The translations under genes were made by a program, and so were the position numbers. This document shows, in pieces, positions 39,970-50,674 of a stretch of DNA of 64,000 nt. The number at the start of each line of letters is the position of its first letter. Position 1 is the stretch's first letter. The DNA is from Mobula hypostoma (lineage: Eukaryota). The stretch lies in NCBI RefSeq assembly GCF_963921235.1, contig NC_086108.1:117864001-117928000 (forward strand), given 5' to 3'. The notes below the pieces were generated by a model. That model searched no databases. It saw only the letters and a list, made by a program, of their open reading frames with translations, and was not told where the DNA came from.

Positions 39970-42500
39970 TTGGAATTCCCATACTGTTAAAGGTCTAGAC
40001 GGGTTAGAGTTTGTAAAATGTGTTCAGGAAAGTTTTCTAAATCAATATATAGAGGTACCAACTAGAGAGGACGCAATATTAGATCTCCTATTAGGAAATG
40101 AGTTAGGACAGGTGACGGAAGTGTGTGTAGGGGAACACTTTGGTTCCAGTGATCACAACACCATTAGTTTCAACTTGATCATGGATAAAGATAGATCTGG
40201 TCCTCGGGTTGAGGTTCTAAACTGGAAAAAGGCCAAATTTGAAGAAATGAGAAAGGATCTAAAATGCGTAGATTAGGACAGGTTGTTCTCCGGCAAGGAT
40301 GTGATCGGTAAGTGGGAGGCCTACAAAGGGGAAATTTTGAGAGTGCAGAGTTTGTATGTTCCTGTCAGGATTAAAGGCAAAATGAATAAGAATAAGGAGC
40401 CTTGGTTCTCAAGGGATATTGGAACTCTGATAAAGAAGAAGAGAGAGATGTATGACATGTATAGGAAACAGGGAGTAAATAAGGTGCTTGAGGAGTATAA
40501 AAAGTGCAAAAAAAATTTAAGAAAGAGATCAGGAGGGCTAAAAGAAGACATGAGGTTGCTTTGGCAGTGAAGGTGAAGGATAATCCAAACAGCTTCTACA
40601 GGTATTTTAAGAGCAAAAGGTTATTTAGGGATAAAATTGGTCCTCTTGAAGATCAGAGTGGTTGGCTATGTATGGAACCAAAAGAAATGGGGGAGATCTT
40701 AAATGTCTTTTTTGCATCTGTATTTACTAAGGAAAGTGGCATGGAGTCAATGGAAATAAGGCAAACAAGTAGTGAGGTCATGGAACCTATACAGATTGAA
40801 GAGGAGGAGGGGAGGGAGGGAGGGAACGTCAACTCAGACCATGAGAGGCCCACGTCAGGCATTTTCATGCCTTACAAGGCGCAGTTGGAAGTCTGTGTGG
40901 GGTGCCACTCCTCGCACAGACTAGAGCAATGTGTGATTAAGTGCCTTACTCAAGGGCACAAACATGCTGCCACAGCTGAGACTCAAACTAGCGACCTTCA
41001 GATCACTAGACGAACGCCTTAACCACTTGGCCACGTGCCCAAGAAGAGGAGGTGCTTGCTATCTTGAGGCAAATCAGAGTAGATAAATCCCCAGGACCTG
41101 ACAGGGTATTCCCTTGGACTTTGAAGGAGACTAGTGTTGAAATTGCAGGGGCCCTGGCAGATATATTTAAAATGTCGGTATCTACGGGTGAGGTGCCAGA
41201 GGCTTGGAGGATAGCTCACGTTGTTCCGTTGTTTAAAAAAGGCTCTAAAAGTAATCCAGGAAATTATAGGCTGGTAAGTTTGACATCGGTAGTAGGTAAA
41301 TTATTGGAAGGAGTACTAAGAGATAGGATCTACAAGTATTTGGATAGACGGGAACTTATTAGGGAGAGCCAACATGGCTTTGTTACATGGTAGGTCATGT
41401 TTAACAAATCTACTAGAGTTTTTCAAGGAGGTTACCAGGAAAGTGGATGAAGGGAAGGCAGTGCATGTTGTCTACATGGACTTCAGTAAGGTATACATTC
41501 GGTTGCTAGGTATACATGGAGAGGTGGTAAATTGGATTAGACATTGATCTATGACCTAGATGATAATGTGGTAAGGTGGATGAGCAAATTTGCTGATGAC
41601 ACAAAGATTGGAGGTGTAGTGGACAGTGAGGAAGGTTTTCAAAGCTTGCGGAGGGATTTGGATCAGCTGGAAAAATGGGCTGAGAAATGGCAGATGGACT
41701 TTAATACAGACAAGTGTGGGGTATTGCACTTTGGAAGGACAAACCAAGGTAGAACATACAAAGTAAATGGTAGGGCACTGAGGAGTGCAGTAGAACAGAA
41801 GGATCTGGGAATACAGATACAAAATTCCCTAAAAGTGGCGTCACCGGTAGATAGGGTCATAAAGAGAGCTTTTGGTACATTGGCCTTTATAAATCAAAGT
41901 ATTGAGTATAAGAGTTGGAATGTTATGGTGAGGTTGTATAAGACATTGCTGAGGCCGAATTTGGAGTATTGTGTGCAGTTTTGGTCACCAAATTACAGGG
42001 AGGATATTAATAAGGTTGAAAGAGTGCAGAGAAGGTTTACAAGGATGATGCTGGGACTTGAGAAACTCAGTTACAGAGAAAGGTTGAATAGGTTAGGACT
42101 TTCCTGGAGCGTAGAAGAATGAGGGGAAATTTGATAGAGGTATATAAAATTATGGTGGGTATAGATAGAGTGAATGCAAGCAGGCTTTTTCCACTGAGGC
42201 TAGGGGAGAAAAAAACCAGAGGACATGGGTTAAGGGTGAAGGGGGAAAAGTTTAAAGGGAACATTAGAGGGGGCTTCTTCACAGAGAGTGGTGGGAGTGT
42301 GGAATGAGCTGCCAGATGAAGTGGTAAATGCGGGCTTACTTTTAACATTTAAGAAAAACTTGGACAGGTACATGGATGAGAGGTGTATATAAGGATATGG
42401 TCCAGGTGCAGGTCAGTGGGACTAGGCAGAAAAATGGTTCGGCACAGCCAAGAAGGGCCAAAAGGCCCGTTTCTGTGCTGTAATGTTCTATGGTTCTATG
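39970..42500 (+). mobile_element. CR1 of the same subfamily as 1-2400, with internal deletions and a SINE insertion
   Basis: Near-identical to the 1-2400 copy (MDKDRSGPRVEVLNWKKAKF...); deletions near 41492 and 41543. Confidence 0.95.
40811..41040 (-). mobile_element. tRNA-derived SINE (same head as 9094-9394, tail type 2 ending in (TCCC)n)
   Basis: First ~115 nt match the SINE at 9094; imperfect ~12-bp TSD AAGAGGAGGAGG / AAGAAGAGGAGG. Confidence 0.88.
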
Positions 42501-45211
42501 ATTGGGAAGCACATCCTCTTTCTTAATGACTATAAGCTCAAGCATTTCAGTCCGCTCTAAGTCATCCCCACAATTGCCAAAGTCGTTTTCCCTTGTGAAT
42601 ACTAAAGCAAAGTATTCACTTAGTACCTCCGCTACCTCCTCCAACTCCATGCGGACTTTTCCACTATCGCACCTGATTGGTCCTATTCTCACATGGCTCA
42701 TCCTTTTGCTCTTGTAGAATGCCTTGGTGTTTTCCCTAATCTTGTTCGCCAAAGCATTCTCATGGCTCTCTTCTGGCTTTTGTAATTCCATTCTTAAGCT
42801 CTTAGCAATCTTGTAATTTTCTAGAGCTCTAACAATACCTAGTTTCTTGAACCTTTCATAACGTTTTCGTTGCATTTCCCTGAGAACATCAGTTCCCAAT
42901 ATATGCTCCCAAGATACTGCCTAATAGCATCATATTTCCCACTACCCCAATTGTTTTCCCAAATTGTCTGCTCTTATCCTTCTCCAGTGCTTTGGTGAAG
43001 GAGATCGATTGTGATCACAACCACCAAAATGCTCTCCCACTGAGAATTCTGACACCTGACCAGGTTCATTTCCCAATACCAGATCTGTATAGCCTCCCAA
43101 TGCAGCCTCTGTACAGCCTGTGTATAAGATGATGAGAGGCATTGATCATGTGGATAGTCAGAGGCTTTTTCCCAGGGCTGAAATGGTTGCCACCAGAGGA
43201 CACAGGTTTAAGGTGCTGGGGAGTAGGTACAGAGGAGATGTCAGGGGTAAGTTTTTACTCAGAGACTAGTGAGTGCGTGGAATGGGCTGCCGGCAACGGT
43301 GGTGGAGGCGGATACGATAGGGTCTTTTAAGAGACTTTTGGATAGGTACATGGAGCTTAGAAAAATAGAGGGCTATGGGTAAGCCTAGTAATTTCTAAGG
43401 TAGGGACATGTTCCGCACAACTTTGTGGGCCGAAGGGCCTGTATTGCGCTGTAGGTTTTCTATGTTTCTATGTTTCTCCTATAGTTGGGTTATTGACATA
43501 CTGTGTCATGAAACCTTCTAAGCACACCTAACAAACTCCACCCTATTTAAACCCCTGTGCTAAGGAGATGCCAATCAATATGAGGAAAGTTAAAATTTCT
43601 CACCACAACATCCCTATTGTTATTGCACCGTTCCAGAATCTGCCTCCCTATCTGCTCCTTGATATCCCTGTTACTAATGCGGGGTCTATAAAAATACCCA
43701 GTAGAATTATTGCCCCTTTCCTGTTTCTGACTTCCATCCATGCTGACTCAATAGATCATCCCTCCATGACTTTTTCCTTTTCTGTAGCCATGACACTATT
43801 CCTACTTAGCAATGCCACATCCCCACTTCTTTTGCCTCCCTCTCTGTTCTTTTTGTAACATCTAGAGCCCAACACACTCAGCAGCCATTCCTGCTCCTGA
43901 GACATCCAAGTTTCTGGAATGACCACAATGTCATGGTTCCATGCTTTAAGTTAATCAACCTAGTTTATGATACTCCTTGCATTAAAATAGACACATCTCA
44001 AACCATCAGGCTGAGTGCATCTTTACTATTACATCTGCCTGGCCTGCCTCACAAACTCCCTACAAGCTTTCTCTACTTGGGCTCCAACCTCCCCATCCTC
44101 TGCCTCTTCACTTCGGTTACCACCCCCTGCAAATCTTGTTTAAACCCTTCCTGATAACATTAGCAAACCTCTCCGTCAGGATACTGGTCCCTCTCGGATT
44201 CCAGTGCAACCCATCCTTTTTTGTACAGTCACACCTGCCCCAGACGAGGTCCCAATGATCCAAAACTCTGAATCCCTACCTGCCTGTCACTCCTGTCTAT
44301 CACCTCCTCACTCTCCTTAACAAGCTGAAGGTCACTGAGCTGCAGCTCCAGTTCCCGAACTCAATCTCTAAGGAGCTGCAGCTTGATGCACCTGGCACAA
44401 ACGTGGCCATCAGGGAGGCTGGAAGTCTCCTGGACATCCCACATATGAAACCCAGAACAGAACACTGGCCTCGCAGTCATACCCACTATTCTTGTTAGAG
44501 GAGTAATTTACCTCTCCTAGGCCCGTCCTCACTAAAGGCCCAGTGAGCCAAAGCCCTGCTACTCTGACTTACACTACTCCAATGACTGCTCTGCTAGACA
44601 GTATCTCTCTTTAATTTTGGAGCTATTCTCACTGTCCTTGCGCAATGACGTTTCTGCGTCTGCACACTTCTCTCCAACCTGTGTGAAGCTCTCTCTCTCT
44701 TCGAATCGATTGGCCCACTGCTAATGCACTGAGTCCTTTGAAACACTCCTTTTTGAATCTTTTCTTTCTGACTTGTGTGAAGCTCTCTCTCTCTCTTTGA
44801 ATTGATTGGTCCACCGCTAATCGATTGATCTACCACTGATGTCGACTGTACTCTTTTTCACTCGACAAGTTCTTCTGTTTTGTTCTGGCTAAGCACTGCC
44901 GTGACATTTTCCTTGATTAGTAATGCCACCCCTTCTCATTTAATCCTTCCTGCTCTTTTGCATCTAAAACAATGCAATCCCGGAATGTTGAGCTGTCTGT
45001 CCTGCCCCTCTTACAACCAAGTCTCACTAAAGGCTACAATATCATAATTCCATGTCTTGAGCCATGCCCTGAGCTATCTGCCTTTCCTACAATACTTCTT
45101 ACATTGAAATACACACAGCTCTAGACATTAAACGCACTATGCTTAACCTTTTGATTCCTGACTTTGTCTGAAATCTTAACAACATCTGTCTCCACAACAT
45201 CTCCACTATCT

Positions 45212-45434
45212 CATCAAAGTTGCTGGTGAACGCAGCAGGCCTGACGAAGGGTCTCGGCCTGAAACGTCGACTGTACCTCTTCCTAGAGATGCTGCCTGGC
45301 CTGCTGCTGTCCTGACGAAGGGTCTCGGCCTGAAACGTCGACTGTACCTCTTCCTAGAGATGCTGCCTGGCCTGCTGCGTTCACCAGCAACTTTGTGTGT
45401 TTCTTGAATATCCAGCATCTGCAGAATTCCTGTT
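45212..45434 (+). mobile_element. 223-bp PLE-terminus insertion with two tandem hammerhead motifs
   Basis: 13-bp TSD ATCTCCACTATCT (45199-45211, 45435-45447); inverted 5' arm; cores repeat with a 71-nt period. Confidence 0.92.
45241..45344 (+). ncRNA. Tandem pair of minimal hammerhead ribozyme motifs
   Basis: CTGACGA-AGGGTCTCGGCCT-GAAACGTC-GAC at 45241 and 45312; predicted GUC cleavage after 45268 and 45339. Confidence 0.75.
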
Positions 45435-47777
45435 ATCTCCACTATCTGTACTGGGACTCTTGATTCCCATCCCCTTGCAACTCCAGTTTAAACCCCCAAG
45501 TGCAGCACTAGCAAATCTTCCCACTAGGATATTAGACCCTTCCAGTTATGGTGCATACCTTCTCTTCTATACATGTCTCACCTTCCCTGGAAGAGAGCCC
45601 AATGATCCAAAAACCTTCTGTCCTCTCTCCTACACCAATTTGTTTGACACTTGTTAAACTATATTTCTAGCCTCACTAGCATGTAGCATCGGTAGCAATC
45701 CTGAGATTTCAACCCTGGAGGTCCTGTCCTTTAATTTAGCGCCTAACTCCCTGAGCTCCCTTCACTAAACCTCACCACTCTTCCTACCAATATCATTGGT
45801 AGCTACAAAGACCATGACCTCTGTCTGTTCTCCCTCCCACTTCAGAATCCTGAGGACTCAATCGGAGATACCCACACCCTGGCACCCAGAGGCAATATAT
45901 CATCTGGGGATCTCCTTCTCATGCATTGACACTATGACTTTTCTCTGCTGGGTCATTCTCACCCCATGCCCAAGAGTATCCAGAGTGGCATACCTTTTGT
46001 TTGAGGGGTCTGGTCACAGGGATACTCTGCACTTTTCCCTCTTGACAGTCACCCATATTACCTGTGACCTGCACCTTGGGTGAAACTACCTCACCCCCTA
46101 GGTCTTCTGAATGATCCAGAGGTCATCCAGTTCCTTAATGCAGAGTATTGGATGTTGCGGTGTGATGTACTTAGAAACATAGAAAACTCTACAGCACAAT
46201 ACAAGCCCTTTGGCTCACAACGCTGTGCTGAACATGTACTTACTTCTTGTAGGTGTCATCACTGGGGACACTGGTGGTACATTTATTATGCATAATATGT
46301 ATGTGACAAATCTGTTGGAATTCTTTAGAGAATTAACAAGCAGGATAGACAAAGGAGAATCGGTTGATGTGTACTTGGATTTTCAGAAACCCTTTGATAA
46401 GCTGCTACACATGAAGTGGCTTAACAAACTACGAGTCCATAGTATTACAGGAAAGATTCCAGCACGGATAAAGCATTGGCTAATTGGCAGGAGGCAAAGA
46501 ATGTGAATTAAGGGACCATTTTCTGGTTGGCTGCCAGTGACTAGTGGTGTTCCACAGGTCTCTGCGTTGGGACCAATTCTTTTTATGTTATATGTCAATG
46601 ATTTGGGTGATGGAATTGATGGCTTCATTGCAAAGTTTTCAGATGATATAAAGGTAGGTAGTTTTGAGGAAGTAGAGAAGCTACAGAAAGACAGACAGAT
46701 GAGAAAGAATGGGCAAAGAAGTGGCAGATGGAATATAGTGTTGGGAAGTGTATGGTAATGCACTTTGGTAGAAGAAATGAAAAGATTGACTATATTCTAA
46801 ATGGACAGAAAATACAAAAACTGAGTTGCAAACAGACTTGGGAGTCCTTCTGCAGGATTCCCTAAAGGCTAATTTACCTAACCCTAATGTGAGTGCTGAT
46901 TCGCCCACTGCCCAAATACTCTCAACCTAACCCTGACCCTAAACCTAATGCGACCTTTCACAGACGAGGTAAGAAGGAATTTTTTTTTTAGCTAGAGAGT
47001 AGTTAATCAGTGGAATGCTCTGCCGCATACTGTGTCATTGGCCAATTCCTTGGGAATATTTAAGGTGGAGGTTGAGCATTTCCTGATCCGTTGGAGCATC
47101 AAAGGATATGGCCAGAAGCCACATGTATGGGGTTGAGTGGGATTTGGGATCAGCCATGATGGAATGGCAGAGCAGACTCAATGGGTTGAATGACCTAATT
47201 CAGCTCCTATGTCTTATGGTCTTCTCTCAGACTGGTGGATTTTTTCCCCATTTAGAAAATAGTCCGCACATTTATTTCTACTGCCAAAGTGCATGATCAT
47301 GAATTTTCCAACATTGTATTTCATTTGCCATTTCCTTGCCCATTCTCCTAATCTGTCTAAGTCCTTCTGCAGCCTACTTGTTTCCAAAACACTTCCTGCC
47401 CCTCCACCAATCTCCATATCACCTGCAAACTTGGCAACAAAGCCATCTATTCCTTCATCTAAATAATTGATATACAGAATAAAAAGAAGCAGACCGCTGC
47501 TAGGATAGTTAAGAAAGTGCATGGTGTGTTGATCTTCGATAGTCAGGGAATTGAGTTATGTTTACGGTTAGCAGGCAATCAGCAGCTACGAAGTTGGAAG
47601 TGTGCAGATGATCTGGAATTCTGCATGATTTGAGATGTCCAATAAGAGTGAGTTCAGAGAAGTCCAATGAAGCAAGGGTTACTGGTGAGCCTGAGTGTTG
47701 GAGATGAAGAGAGTTTGGGAACAAGACAAATTCATCATGATAGCACTAACTTGCCTGAACTTGCTCCTCCCCTCCAG

Positions 47778-47911
47778 GACTGCCAAGAATGCAGGTGACC
47801 AGGTGCTATGGAGGAGTGCCGCAGCCACCCAACACTGGTCCAGCACTGACCATTCAGCAGGGAGACGTTATTGAGGTCTATGGTGCTGAAGCACACTCTG
47901 TCTGGTGGAAG
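47778..47911 (+). CDS. VAV3: Exon encoding the first part of the N-terminal SH3 domain of a Vav-family GEF (VAV3-like is the best guess; paralog not established)
   Basis: Acceptor ttgctcctcccctccAG, donor GTATGA, 134 nt with no stop. Translates (G)LPRMQVTRCYGGVPQPPNTGPALTIQQGDVIEVYGAEAHSVWWK, matching the Vav nSH3 pattern GLPxMxV..Y.G.P.P...GP.L....GD..E.....A....W with its proline-rich insert. Confidence 0.9.
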
Positions 47912-48041
47912 GTATGAGGGCATGTAAACAGAGGAGTTCCTTCCAGTGCTGGCTAATGCAGAATTACCCCTTGGAACATCTTCTTTCCCCTGGGATCTGA
48001 GACTGACTTCAAACATCTTGATGTCAGTTCTGTGATCATTC

Positions 48042-48457
48042 GTGAGGGAGGGTCACTCTGTGGGTGGGGTGATGCTGAGGGAGGGTCACACTGAGGGAGA
48101 GGTGGTACTAAGGGAGGGTCACACTGTGGGAGGGGCAGAACTGAGTGAGGATCACACTGTGGGAGGGGCGGTACTGAGTGAGGGTCACGCTGTGGGAGGG
48201 GCAGAACTGAGTGAGGATCACACTGTGGGAGGGGCGGTACTGAGGGAGTGTCACACTGTGGGAGGGGTGGTACTGAGGGAGAGTCACACTGTGGAGGGGG
48301 TGGTACTGAGGGAGAGTCACACTGTGGGAGGGGTCGTACTGAGGGAGGGTCACACTGTGGGAGGGGTGGTACTGAGGGAAAGTCACACTGCGGGAGGGGC
48401 AGAAATGAGGAAGGGTCACACTTCTGGGAGGGGAAACTGAGGGAGGGTCACACTGTG
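48042..48457 (+). repeat. 33-bp minisatellite array (about 12 units), same family as 14316-15399
   Basis: Unit GAGGGAGGGTCACACTGTGGGAGGGG(T/C)GGTACT. Confidence 0.97.
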
Positions 48458-48734
48458 AAAGATCCCTTCTTCATTTTCAGGAAAATGAAGGCATAATCAG
48501 GTGGAAGCAGCTAAGACTGCGAATCCCTAGAAGACTACAAGGGACATAGGACTCCACAGAGTCATAGTGTTAGATAGACTTTTTCAGTCTCTCCAGTCCA
48601 AACTAGGTACTTGAGGATCTTTTCTGTCCCCTTTCTCGCTTAATCACATACTTTGTGTGATGTGGCAACCAAAACAGTGCACAATACACCTGGTCTGGTC
48701 TCTTTACAGATTACAGAGGACAGGTGCATACTAC

Positions 48735-50125
48735 CCTGAGGCAAATCAGGGTGGATAACTCCCCAGGGCCTGACAAAATCTTCCCATAGATCCTACAGGA
48801 GACAAGAGCAGAAATTGCCAGAGCCCTTGCAGAGATATTTTAATTATCATTAGCAACAGAAGAGGTACCAGAGGATTGGAGGATTGCCAATGTTCTATTG
48901 TTTAAAAGAAGGCTCTAAACAGAAACCAGGAATTGATAGGCTGGTGAGTCTGTCATCAGTTTTGGGAAAGTTATTGGAAGGTATTTAAAGGGACCAGATA
49001 TATAAATATTTGGATAGACATGGACTGATTAAGGATAGTCAGCATGGCTTTGTTCATGGTAGGTCATGTCTAACCAATCTTGTAGAGTTTTTTGAGGAAG
49101 TTACCAGGAAAGTGGTTGAAAGCAAGGTAGTGGATGTTGTCTACATGGACTTCAGTAAGGCATTTGACAAGGTCACGCATGGGAGGCTGGTGCCTAGTGG
49201 TGTGCCACAGGGATCAGGAATTGTCGTTTGTCATCCATGTCAGTGATCTGAATGATAATGTAGTTAACTGGATCAGCAATTTTGCGGATGACACCAAGAC
49301 TGGGGGTGTAGTAGAAGTGAGGAAGACTATCATGGCTTGCAGAAGGTCTGCATCAACTAGAACAATGGGCTGAAAAATGGCAAATGGAATTTAATGCAGA
49401 CAAGTGCAAGGTTTCGCACTTCAGTAGGACCAATAGGGTAGGTCTTACACAGCGAACAGTCAGGTACCGGGGAATATGATGTTACAGGTAGGTAGGATCA
49501 TAAAGAAGGCTTTTGCCACATTGGAATTCATAAATCAATGCACTGAGTAAAGAAAATGGGATATTATGTTGAAGTTGTATAAGACATTGGTGAGGCCTAA
49601 TTTGGAATATTGTGTGTAGTTTTGGTAACCTACCTACACGAAAAATGTAAACGAGATTGAAAGAATGCAGAGGAAATTTACAAGGATGTTGCCAGGTCTT
49701 GAGGACCTGAGCTATAAGGAAAGATTGAATAGGTTAGGACTGTATTCTTCAGAAGGTTGAAGATTGAGAGGAGATTTGATAGACCTATACAAAATTATGA
49801 GGAGTATAGATAGAACTTTTTTCACTGTTGGGTGGGACTACATGTAGAGCACTTGGGTTAAGGGTGAGAGGTGAGAAGTTTATGGGGAACATGAGGGAAA
49901 ACTTCTTCACTCAGAGGGCCATGAGAGTGTGGAATGAGCTGCCAACACAAGTGGACCAGGCGAGCTCGATTTCAACATTTAAGAGAAGTTTGAATAGGTA
50001 CATGAATAGTAAGGATATGGAGGGTTATGATCAAGGGGCAAGTCATTGGGAGTAGGTAGTTTAAATAGTTTTAGCATGGAATAGATGATCCAAATGACTA
50101 TTTCTGTGCTTGCTTCCCTATAACT
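48735..50125 (+). mobile_element. Degraded CR1 RT and 3' end
   Basis: QHGFVHGRSCLTNL, DFSKAFDK, NFADD. Confidence 0.9.
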
Positions 50126-50674
50126 ATGATTGTAAAAAGACATCCACCACTTGTCCACAGTGCCCCATTTAATGAATGCAAGCAACCAAATTCTTTCTTC
50201 ACCACCCACCCTCTACTTTTAGGGAATTATTTGCCTGTATCCTTTAGTCTCTCTGTTCTACAACACTATCCAAGGGCCCCGCCAGTTACTGTGTTGTCCT
50301 GCCACAGTTAAACTTCCCAAAATGCATCACTTTGCTTTTGATTTAGTTCAAATTCCATCTTCCATTCATTAGCCCACTTTCCCAGTTGATCTCAGTCCTG
50401 TTGTAAGCTGAGACAGCCGAGGGAAATTGGTGTAAAGAAAACCAATTTCCCTCGGATCAATAAAGTATGACTATGACTATGACTTATTCACTGACCCCTA
50501 AATCACCAGTGCTGGTGTCATCAGCAAAGTGTGTATGCAGAACCACAGGTGAAGGTGATACTTCCACTGTGTGTTTATTGTAGAAAAATTGATGGAAGCT
50601 GGTGAAATTGAGAAAAAGAATACTGATGTCCTGAAACATTATGCAAAGAGAAAAGACTCTCGGTGTTGACGCAC

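Larger units (their letters stand above)
42505..47560. mobile_element. Patchwork of degraded CR1 fragments on both strands
   Basis: Endonuclease and ORF1 remnants (minus 43480-44590 and 44880-46150), a plus 3' end at 43118-43477, RT remnants at 46300-47492. Confidence 0.8.

Noticed and set aside
50584..50670. Possible next Vav exon after ttattgtAG
   Set aside because: No G.FP...V.P SH3 signature in any frame and no good donor. The exon is probably downstream of the window.
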